DNA of 63,273 nt, the filler included, from Stramenopiles sp. TOSAG23-6 (Eukaryota): the NCBI GenBank assembly GCA_900128565.1. It is 11 parts of 11 records of this genome, joined end to end, with 100 filler letters (N's around TTAATTAATTAA, not from the genome) between each part and the next. Parts side by side here need not be neighbours in the genome. Positions count along the whole stretch, not along the records: positions 33,572 to 41,821 come from LT636464.1; positions 41,922 to 50,169 come from LT636465.1; 9 more parts are not named here. One strand, given 5' to 3'. Within the stretch, counting starts at the first letter, position 1; each line of letters begins with the position of its first letter. The position numbers were made by a program, and so were the translations under genes. A model generated the notes under the pieces. That model saw only the letters and a program-made list of their open reading frames with translations, ran no database searches and had not been told where the DNA came from. Of this stretch, positions 34,309 to 43,591 are shown piece by piece.

Positions 34309-35659
34309 ATGTCACTCATTAGATCAACAGAAATAGAAGATTCAAGTCCCAATCTTGTGAATCTTTCTAAGAACAAGACGACCACTTTCGGCAGGGTCAA
34401 CGCTACTGTAATACTCCATGATCCAAGAGCTTTTTATGTCTCGCGGCTCCACGCGAAAATCGTTCTTGAGACGGAAACCAATACCAAAGGGAAGCAATAT
34501 AAATTAATAGATTTAAATAGTACAAATGGAACATTCTTGAATAGTATTCGAATAAAACCCTCGCCTGAATCATATACACTCAAAAAAAACGATATCATTG
34601 TATTCGGCGGTGGTGGGAGATTACCAGTTGGTGCAAAACTAGATCAACCAAATAGCAGTTATCGCTACACTTTTAGTAGTGATACTCTGTCGAATGAAAC
34701 ACCCGATCCATTAATAGATAGAACAAATACAAACGAAATGATGGACTTACTCGGATCGTGTCCCCCGCGAAAACGTTCCAGGCTAATGACAACGAAGATT
34801 TCAAACTCAATAACACCGATAATCTGCACTAGTAGTAGTAGTGTAACATCGAAAATAAATAAAGTGGATATAGACAAAGATGTAGTAGCTTCCAAAATGC
34901 GCTTTGAATTAGAACAACTTAAAAAGATTTCGTCAGAAAAGCAAAAAAAGCATCTTCAAGAGATTGCTGAAAAAAATGAAAAATTAAGAGATATGGAAGC
35001 AAAACAGAAAATTATGTTGTCCAAATCGTCAAAACTAGAAGACACTTATGAATGTGAACAATGTTACAATGTATTTGTATATGCTCTTCAACTTCCATGT
35101 TGTGGTAATGCAATTTGCTTTTCATGTTGGAATACTTGGTGTGATGTTTGTGAGAAGGGAAAAAAACAAAAAACATGTATAAAATGCAGAGCTGAAAATT
35201 CTAGATTTCTTCCACGAGCTTTGGTCATTGATAAAGCAATTGAAGTCTTATACGACTCATGGGATTCTGATACCAAACAAGAGTTTGATGAACGAAAGAG
35301 ATTATCTAAAGAAGATATGCATAACCGAGAACGTGCTAAGAAAGAGAAGAATAATATTGCTACTGCTTGTGAAAATGAAGGTATGTTTTTTTTTTTTTCA
35401 AATTCGAAATTTGTTTCGTACGAAATTTTGTACCTAACGATTTTTTTTTGAAATATTTTTCTAAAATACAGTTATCATCGTTGATTCTGATGATGAATTA
35501 AGAAGAAATAGAAATAGTCTTCGAAGTAGATCATTAAATCAAGGAGGTAGTATTGCTTTATTTTTTCATCCATTTCGTAGTGATAACAATGGTAACCCTA
35601 ACCCTAATGAAGAACCTCTGTCTCGAATAGATGATAAAGGCGTTATTGAAATTCTGTAG
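34309..35659 (+). CDS. FHA plus RING E3 ligase (RNF8/CHFR-like) with SIM-like motifs; exons 34309-35380 and 35472-35659
   Basis: FHA motifs FGR, VSRLHA and DLNSTNGTFLN; RING CEQC..LPCCGNAICFSC..CIKC; exon 2 begins VIIVDSDDE. Confidence 0.8.
35381..35471 (+). other. Family intron ending in AG, matching the AG at the end of the upstream exon (GT..AG, 91 nt)
   Basis: gaag|GTATGTTTT..CTAAAATACAG|ttatc. Confidence 0.9.
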
Positions 35660-35717
35660 GTTAATAAGACATAAAATTAAAACTTTTCAACATTTTTTTT
35701 AGATAATCTTTCTTTCA

Positions 35718-36104
35718 TCAGTATGTCGCTATATTAGTACTATTTTCCTGTAAAGTAAACGTTCCCCAAGGACGAGGCGGACCAAAGGGACCTACACAGC
35801 TGTTCAACGGAAGAGTAAAATGATCTGTTTCAATTGTACAGTTTCCAGTATTTGAAAGATAAAATGTGCGTCTAAAAAAGGTTTCATTAATTCTGCTGTC
35901 TAAAACATCGCTATCACCCCATTGTGTGTCGTTAGGAAACATGAGGGGTGGGCTAAAACATCCTTCAAATGGTACATAGTATGCTTTGCAGTTTTCAGAA
36001 CACTTGTCTTCGCATACTGTCATTTTTTCAATTTCATATGCTTTTGCTTTTGCATTAAGTAAAGAGAATGCTATGGTAATATATATTATCATAGGAATAT
36101 ACAT
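35718..36104 (-). CDS. Small secreted Cys-containing protein
   Basis: Signal-peptide-like N-terminus; six cysteines. Confidence 0.6.
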   Translation of the reverse strand: MYIPMIIYITIAFSLLNAKAKAYEIEKMTVCEDKCSENCKAYYVPFEGCFSPPLMFPNDTQWGDSDVLDSRINETFFRRTFYLSNTGNCTIETDHFTLPLNSCVGPFGPPRPWGTFTLQENSTNIATY

Positions 36105-36426
36105 ACTAATAAATAAATAAATATGCCTGAATAAATGACACGAACAAAATTTAATGAATCTTTAGTCTCGAGAAGAAAGAAGAAGAAGAGTCTAAACTTT
36201 AAAGGCGATTCTGAATGCATACTATGCATTCTGAATAGCAAAACAGCTGACATCGATGACATGTCATCAAATAAATTCGAAATTGGAAATTTTTGAAAAA
36301 TTCAAATCCTCTCCGACGCAATATTATTGTTTTTCAATTTTCAAACCTGGTTTGAGAGCAAAAACTAAAAAGGACAAAGAGCAAGGAGAAGGGGTGCGTC
36401 CAGCATTCTAGATTTACTCTCTCGTC

Positions 36427-37491
36427 ATGGCACGAAGTAAACGCGGAAAATCTAACAAAGGTAATATAAAGTTTGAGAAGCTTTCCAAGAGTAAAGCGAC
36501 ACCAAGAAAGGATAAGTGTGATTTTGCCGAACTTGAAGCAGGATTTTCCCCCGGCCTTATTGTAAACCGGTCACGTAAAACGGAACCGTCGTTAAAGAAA
36601 AAGCTAGATCAAAAAAAGAAGAAAAGCACAAAGGTATCAGTAGATGCTTCAACCGTGAAAAAGGTGCGAGATATTCCGCGATGTGACCCTTCGAGCCAGA
36701 GCAGTACATCCCACGATAAAAAACGATCTTCCTCCTCCTCTGATTTTTCATCGGAACCTCTTTCCTCCCAAAAGCGCCGCAAAGTTACACCAAAGATTAG
36801 GAAACAGCCTACTTTGCCTAGCACGGTGAAGCGTTCTTCTAATCAGCAGAATTTGACCAATTCTGCTCCAGAAACACCAAGCCATACAGTAGAAAAATCT
36901 ATGCGACAAGTATTAGAAGAAATTATTGAAACAGAAATGCACAATCTCAAAGGCCCTCCTGAAACTGTTGCAGCTCTCAAAGCTGCTGGCGAAGACATAA
37001 TCCAAATTTTGCCAACAATATTTGCTCGGGGTCTTGACGAAGAATATAAACGAATTGAAAAAGAACAGTTAAAAAGGGTTGCTTTGGAATCGAATTCAAA
37101 TACTCAAAAAGGAATTAGAAATCAAAGACTTCTTCTCAAAGAACAAAGGCTTCAAGAGTTGTTGAATGAATTTACAAAAGAAGAGCAAGAGTGGGAACGT
37201 GTGATAGAAACCTGGAGAAATACTATTGTCTCAAAAGTAGAAGCAGATAATTTATCCGACACTGAAGGCGATGCCATGCCAACACCAAAAGTGTCTAATA
37301 CCACACAACTCACGGGAAAGATGCTTATGCAAGTGGACACTTTGCAAAGAACTCTATGTGCTGCTGATTCTTGTATGATGGAGCTTAAACGGAATAAAGA
37401 TCAACTCACAGAAAAATTCAGGGATCATACTGCAGAAAAGTTTCAGCAAAATAAGACTCCAAGAAGACTCATCAGAGGAATGCTTGGTTGA
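36427..37491 (+). CDS. Protein with a basic N-terminus and C-terminal coiled coil; possibly kinetochore Dsn1/Mis13-like
   Basis: NQRLLLKEQRLQELLNEFTKEEQEWERVI, MLMQVDTL and terminal TPRRLIR resemble the Dsn1/Mis13 C-terminal pattern. Confidence 0.45.
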   Translation: MARSKRGKSNKGNIKFEKLSKSKATPRKDKCDFAELEAGFSPGLIVNRSRKTEPSLKKKLDQKKKKSTKVSVDASTVKKVRDIPRCDPSSQSSTSHDKKRSSSSSDFSSEPLSSQKRRKVTPKIRKQPTLPSTVKRSSNQQNLTNSAPETPSHTVEKSMRQVLEEIIETEMHNLKGPPETVAALKAAGEDIIQILPTIFARGLDEEYKRIEKEQLKRVALESNSNTQKGIRNQRLLLKEQRLQELLNEFTKEEQEWERVIETWRNTIVSKVEADNLSDTEGDAMPTPKVSNTTQLTGKMLMQVDTLQRTLCAADSCMMELKRNKDQLTEKFRDHTAEKFQQNKTPRRLIRGMLG

Positions 37492-37688
37492 AACGATGTC
37501 ACATTTGACACATTTCTTACCTCGACTACGCAATCAAACTTCTGAGAAAATGACGTATTCCTATTTCTTATATATATAATTATACAACAGTATTCATAAT
37601 ATGCTATAGACGAAAAAAATAAATGAAATCTGTTGTTCATTTTCAATAGTTTATATTTAATATATTATGCCCTAACCCTAGTACTGTA

Positions 37689-38729
37689 TTATCTTCTCAA
37701 AGGTTTCAACCCTAATTTTTCCCGTTCTAAATTCCAATACTCCACACTATCCTTTATCACTCCCTGTTTTTGGGATAAAGCACTGTTCTTGTTATTTGTT
37801 GAGGTTTTTACATCACGTGGTACTAACCCCTTTCGTGTACGTTTTTTTTCTTTTTTTTCTGCTTTTTTTATTGCTTTTTTTAACTTTTTGGCAGCACGTT
37901 TTTCTTTTTTTTTCTCTTTCTTTTGTTTCTTCTTTTCTCTCTTAGATTTTTTACTAGTGCTAACACTAGGGATGCTATCGCTGCTATCTTCTCGATTTCT
38001 CTTTAGAGGTCTCTTTGAAGGTCCTTGAATAGAAGTGGAAACTGCTTTAGTTTCATTGAGTTCGGAAATTTCCATGGCGTCATCTTGAACCGACATAACG
38101 TCTGCATCATTTGGTACTTCACTATCTTCGTCAGTTTCATCGTCACTATCTGGTTCAACGATACTTTTATATGGCTCAAGAACCCCTTGATCTACTAAAA
38201 GATGGCGCTGAGGGAGATGTGGAAGGCCAATCTCACAACTGACATTTTCAGTGAGCATTTGTTCTATAAATTGGTCGACTGTTGTGACCTCCCAACCAGT
38301 CATAGTTCGCACCCGTAAATTTCTATAATCGTTATATAATGGCTCAAGATATTTGTAGATATCGAGTATTTTCCCCGTTAAGCGCAGGTACAAAGCACCT
38401 AGGACTCTCACGTACTTATTTTCGTCGTTTTTCACAAACTCACGTACAATTTCCAGCTCTGGTTGTATCTGAAGCATTTTGAGTAGAAGACACATGAATG
38501 GTGTGGGCTTTACATTTGCAGAATATGAACCTCCTACAAACTCTAATTCCATGGCCTTATCTACTACAGTCTCTGCTGTTAGCGCAAAACAATGCTCTTT
38601 CCAATATACATTCTCGTAAATTCTAAAACGTAGAATTTTCTCTATTAAATTTTGGGGATCTCCACCATGCACTTTCTGTGCCGATGGATCCGTACTTACT
38701 GATGTCATCTGACGTGATGAAATCGACAT
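37689..38729 (-). CDS. PRP38: Pre-mRNA splicing factor PRP38 (PRPF38A-like); intronless
   Basis: TDPSAQKVHGGDPQNLIEKILRFRIYENVYWKEHCFALTAE, KPTPFMCLLLKMLQIQP, KYVRVLGALYLRL, LEPLYNDYR; C-terminal NLEREKLGLKPL. Confidence 0.93.
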   Translation of the reverse strand: MSISSRQMTSVSTDPSAQKVHGGDPQNLIEKILRFRIYENVYWKEHCFALTAETVVDKAMELEFVGGSYSANVKPTPFMCLLLKMLQIQPELEIVREFVKNDENKYVRVLGALYLRLTGKILDIYKYLEPLYNDYRNLRVRTMTGWEVTTVDQFIEQMLTENVSCEIGLPHLPQRHLLVDQGVLEPYKSIVEPDSDDETDEDSEVPNDADVMSVQDDAMEISELNETKAVSTSIQGPSKRPLKRNREDSSDSIPSVSTSKKSKREKKKQKKEKKKEKRAAKKLKKAIKKAEKKEKKRTRKGLVPRDVKTSTNNKNSALSQKQGVIKDSVEYWNLEREKLGLKPLRR

Positions 38730-39031
38730 GACTACTCTATTGTAAGAAACGTGCTCAAATGAATAGATGCAATGACTCCTCCAGTTAGACCTGGGATGGA
38801 ATAGTTTTCTGTGTGGGTCGCGACGAAAAAACAAATGAAAACGAATGCATTTTTGTAGAAGCCTAAAGCAGGCAGGTTTGCGCATCGATTTATTTGATTG
38901 ACTTTTGTTTGTTTTTGTTGGCCGTTGTTGGCACCGAAAACACGACGCAAAAGGTATTATTATTAAAATTAAATAGTCTTTCTCTTAATAGATTCTAAAA
39001 TTTACTTTTTATCCTAACTCCGTTAATCAAA

Positions 39032-41004
39032 ATGACACGGAATGAAACTTGGAAGAACAAAGTTAGTAATGGGATATTGTCGCTAAAAGAGAAAGGCGCT
39101 ATTCTTATTGAGAAGTTTAACCAACAGATACACGTTTCAGATCCTCTATTGAAAAAAAACGGTGTTTTAGGTGCCGGTACAGAATTTCCATATAATGCTG
39201 GTGCTGAAGAGCTTGCACTACACCAGTTAATTGTTCGCCGCAAAAACCTCATGCTTAATAGAGACAAAAACATTAGTCCAGATGCCGTTACATTGTCACC
39301 TCCAACTGAAATTTGTATTGCTGGTCATCATATAGAAGGTTCTACTGCTTTTTTCCATCTCGCAGTTCGTTATGGAAAGCGTATCAATGGTATTGGTGAA
39401 TTACCGTATCCCTTTGATATGCCTCAGAAAGTACTCCGCCGTTATTCTGACTTTTCATTTTTCTTTCGTCGTCACCATTTGCTCAATACCACTAATCAAG
39501 TACGAGATAAAAACACAGTGTTGCCTCCAATTCCAAAACTTCCCGTCGATTTAGATGGAAATTATTTCGAAAAAATAACTAACGATACAATCTCTCGCCG
39601 TATTGAGGGTCTACAAAATTATGTCAATTGTCTCTTGCACCAGGCGAACCATCCAAAAACACCTGATAAAACGCTTCAAAAGCTTCTCTTGGAGTTCCTG
39701 GGGACAATTATTTCTGACAATAGAGACAAAAGTGGAAATTTCTTACGAGGGACAAACACTATGAAAGATTCTCGTTTTCTTCGAATTCGGGAGCGTCGTA
39801 TGAGTGATGCAATGAATAGCACACAAGTGCCCATAAATATCTATTGGCTTCGTCATGGAATGTCGTGTGCAAATGTGTGTATGTGATCTTAGTGATTGGA
39901 AACTTCACGATACACGAAATCATGAAAAAACATTTTTTTTTTCATAGTAAATTTCGTACCTAACGTGTTTTCATGATTTTTTATTGTACTATGTGATCTA
40001 TGATCATCTATCATTGATTTGATTTGATTTGAATTAAATTCTTTTTACTATGAAAATTTTATACCTAACGAATTTCGAATTTGACATATATTTGAAAAAC
40101 CATTGCAATATCTTGGGAAATCTTGGCATGCTTTTCCACCGGGTGACTACCGAAATTCTTTAGTTCCAGATGCTCAGTTGAGTGATATTGGTGTACAACA
40201 ATGTTTATTTTGTAAAGAAAAGACGGAAACTTTATATGTTTTCACAATTCATTTCAAATTTAATTTTTTTTTTTTGAAAATTTTGTACCTAACGATTTTT
40301 TTACAAAAAAATATTTTTCACAATACATATTCTCAGATTCAATTCATATATATTGCAGTTCCCAGCTTACACGTGCTATTGAAACTGCAATATTTGCATT
40401 TCCTGATGATGTGATTATGTATGTTTTATTTTTTTTCAATTTCGATTTTTTTTCGTACGAAATTTTGTACCTAACGGGGTTTTTTTTTTGAAATATTTTT
40501 CCAAAATACATTCATGTAATTCCTGGCGTATGTGAGAAAAGAAGACCTTTAGGGTATGACCTTGATAATCAACCAAGGGATGCAGAGACATTGTTACGCT
40601 ATTTTTCTGGTATAGAAAAAGAGGAGACAAATGAATCAAAAACTAATGAATCAAAAACTAATGAATCAAAAACTAATGAATTTAAAACTAATGAATCAAA
40701 AACTAATAAAATAATTCCCCAAATGCCTTGCTCAATGAAGCAATCTAAAGTAAGTGCTGGTGGTTATTTTAAAGTTCCTAAAGAAGCCCAGCCTGTTAAT
40801 AAACAACTAAACTGGGAATTTTTTGATGCACCTCGAAGTGCTGATAAAACTGACCCAGAGCACTTTTATCAAGTTGTTCTGCCAAAACTAGTATATAAAG
40901 TATTACAGGCAGATCCGACAGTACCAGTAGTTAATATTGCAATTGCAAGTCATCAACATTTTATTATGGATGTTTTAAAAACATCTGTTGGAGAATCGGA
41001 TAAT
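39032..41004 (+). CDS. PX domain plus histidine phosphatase (phosphoglycerate-mutase superfamily); exons 39032-39878, 40104-40233, 40329-40418, 40512-41004
   Basis: PX motifs VLRRYSDF, PKLP and RRIEGLQNYV; phosphatase motifs WLRHG, DAQLSDIGVQQ, SSQLTRAIETA and IASHQHF join in frame after intron removal. Confidence 0.8.
39879..40103 (+). other. Long family intron (GT..AT, 225 nt) with two TACCTAAC motifs
   Basis: t|GTATGTG..AAAAACCAT|tg caa; in-frame join. Confidence 0.7.
40234..40328 (+). other. Family non-canonical intron (AT..AT, 95 nt)
   Basis: tt|ATATGTTTTCA..CAATACAT|a ttc; gives normal spacing between DxxLSxxG and SSxLxRA. Confidence 0.75.
40419..40511 (+). other. Family non-canonical intron (GT..AT, 93 nt)
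   Basis: at|GTATGTTTT..CCAAAATACAT|t cat gta. Confidence 0.85.
40630..40707 (+). repeat. 15-bp coding tandem repeat (NESKT about 5 times)
   Basis: aatgaatcaaaaact units. Confidence 0.85.
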
Positions 41005-41096
41005 GTACGTTTTATTTTTTTTCAATTTCGAATTTATTTTTCGTACGAAAATTTGTACCTAACGATTTTTTTTTTTAATATTTTTTCACAATACAT
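41005..41096 (+). other. Family intron joining the histidine-phosphatase exon to a phospholipase C exon
   Basis: aat|GTACGTTTT..CACAATACAT|cct att gga. Confidence 0.75.
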
Positions 41097-41756
41097 CCTA
41101 TTGGACTTGGTTGGCGTGTACCAATGTTTTTAATATCACCGTGGTCACGTGGAGATTATGTATTTTCCGAAGTTGCTGATCATACCAGTGTAATTCAGTT
41201 TATTGAGAAAAGATTTAATGTACATTGCCCAAATATTTCACCATGGCGACGTGCAGTGACGTCTGATTTAATTGCAGCTTTTGATTTTACACATCCTGAT
41301 TTTTCTTGGCCGAAATTGCCTTCAACAAAAGGAAATGTCGAAGCATCAAAAGAACAATGCAGTAATGATCCGCCTCCTACTATACCTTCTATTCAAAGTA
41401 TTCCAAAACAAGAACCAGGAACAAAGCTGCTCAGACCCATACCTTCGTATGTATTTGATATAAAAGAATCTGTTGATTATAATGGAGAAAAGATATCTTT
41501 AACTATATCTCATCGTGGAGAGGATAATGCAACTGCTGGACATTTTAATGTGTATGTTTTATTTTTTTTCAATTTTTTTTTCGTACGAAATTTTGTACCT
41601 AACGAATTTTTTTTCAATTTAGAATTTATTTTTCCAAAATACATGTATAATCATATAAACAACAATGTGAGAAAGTATACAGTTGAAGGGACAAAACAAT
41701 TAACGGGTACCTGGTCTACTGAAAACCCATTAGGAGAATATTCTCTTTATCTTCAT
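41097..41756 (+). CDS. C-terminal part of a bacterial-type phospholipase C (phosphoesterase family plus DUF756-like domain); exons 41097-41551 and 41645-41756
   Basis: PIGLGWRVPMFLISPWSRG..SEVADHTSVIQFIEKRF..PNISPWRRAVTSDL..AFDF; HFNVY..RKYTVE..W..GEYSLYLH. Confidence 0.85.
41552..41644 (+). other. Family intron (GT..AT, 93 nt, in frame and stop-free)
   Basis: gt|GTATGTTTT..AAAATACAT|gtat; the ORF reads through it, but removal restores the DUF756-like spacing. Confidence 0.75.
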
Positions 41757-41921
41757 GTACATTAATTATCATTCATTTCAATTTCGGATTTTTTTTTGTA
41801 CCAAATTTCGTACCTAACAAANNNNNNNNNNNNNNNNNNNNNNNNNNNNNNNNNNNNNNNNNNNNTTAATTAATTAANNNNNNNNNNNNNNNNNNNNNNN
41901 NNNNNNNNNNNNNNNNNNNNN

Positions 41922-43198
41922 TTTTATGTGTATTCTGTTGATGATCACTAAATAGTTGAATTTCAATTTTTCTAGGATTAGGGCTAGAATTGAATGACAA
42001 ATTATCAGATGTATTAGATGTATTATTATTACTATTATTATTACTATTATTATTATTATTATTATTGTTTATGTGAATATCTTCATACCAACCTGTTAGA
42101 TCGTCAAAAGAATTTTGATGTTTTACATTGAGTGATGTGCTAGGATTATTTTTTACATTTCGTGTTTTTTGTGTTTTTTGTTGATTTCCATCTTCATAAA
42201 AAAAAATATTCATTTCTGTTTCGTCATTAATACAATTTTCCTTATGATCATTCCATTGAAACGTTTTATTTTTTTTATTTTTTTTAATATTCGTACGAAT
42301 ATTGATACCTAAAGATTTCTTTGGAAGCTGAAGCATAAAAATACGACTACCTGAAAAAATATTTCTACCTATTTTTGTACCTAATGAATACAAAATAGTA
42401 TTACNAAAAAGTANAATANGTAACATGACAAATATAGTCATCATATGTATTCGGTATATTCAAAATAGCTAATGTTTTACAAGTTTTGTCTTTTTCATAT
42501 TTTTTATGATTTTTGTGTTTTTCAGAATTTTGAGACATCTGATTTTGATTTGTACAAAGTAATTCAAGTAAATATATCCTATGGTGATAGCCTATGCTTA
42601 TATAACACATTGTTGTATCATTTTCATGAAGGGAAAGAATGAAATTGGGTACATAATTCTTCAAATTCGTCTTTTTTGTAAACAAATTAGGGTTAGGATT
42701 CATCCAAGTTTGCTTGTTGTTGTTGTTGTTGTCCCCAAAAACTGGTTTGTTACTACATTTATGCATCCATGTTTCATCATGAATTTTATCTTTGTATAAT
42801 GGATAAGACAAGGGATATGCATATATAGATATGCTATCGTATGGTATGTTATCTAGAGGACCACGCCAATTTGAATAGACACAAATATAGAACTCATTGT
42901 TTCTGCTTTCTAGAGGCATTGGACGGTCCATCTGGAATTGAGTACAACTTTCTACAGTAATAATGCAATCATATACTTTTGCATATTCGACACAATATAA
43001 ATATCTAAACTGAGTCTTTATGTCATGTATCTTCATCCCAGTTGTAGCAGAAAATACATGAATTCCATTATCCAGAGACCCAATTAAAAAAACACCGTCG
43101 TTTATATCCTGATTCGTGTCACAGACTATGGAAAAATACTGGCGTGACTTTACGTGAGGAAGTGAAAAACTGAACGAACTGTCCAATATAGATGGCAT
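41922..43198 (-). CDS. HPS3 (BLOC-2) N-terminal-like protein; frameshifted at ambiguous bases and 3'-truncated (mirror copy 48893-50169 on plus)
   Basis: VEYAKVYDCIITVE and ICVYSNWR resemble HPS3 LAYSEAGDYLVAIE and LRAYVNWR. Confidence 0.45.
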
Positions 43199-43591
43199 GT
43201 CTTACTTCCATATATAATCTACACAAAACCGTCAAATATCCAACCTTGTGTATGCACTTTTAGATGCTGGACTTTATTATTAAAGGTGGTTAAGGCGTAC
43301 TAGTCAAAAAAAAAGAGATCAAAAAAGCTAAAAAAATATTCCAATTTACAATTTAAAAATTGGTCGCAAAATCTCATCAAGGGGTGAAATTGGTCAGAGA
43401 TTCGATTGTAAAATTTTTGTTTTGACGTTTTTCATTTTGTTTTTTCATTTTGTACGAAAATTTTATACTTAAAGCGACACACGACAGTTTGTTTGACTCG
43501 GGAGGAAGAGAAGAAAATCTTTTCTTGGAGAGAGAGAATACAATACTGATCTTTTGTTTTAAACTTTTAGTCCTCTCTCTACATGTAAACA

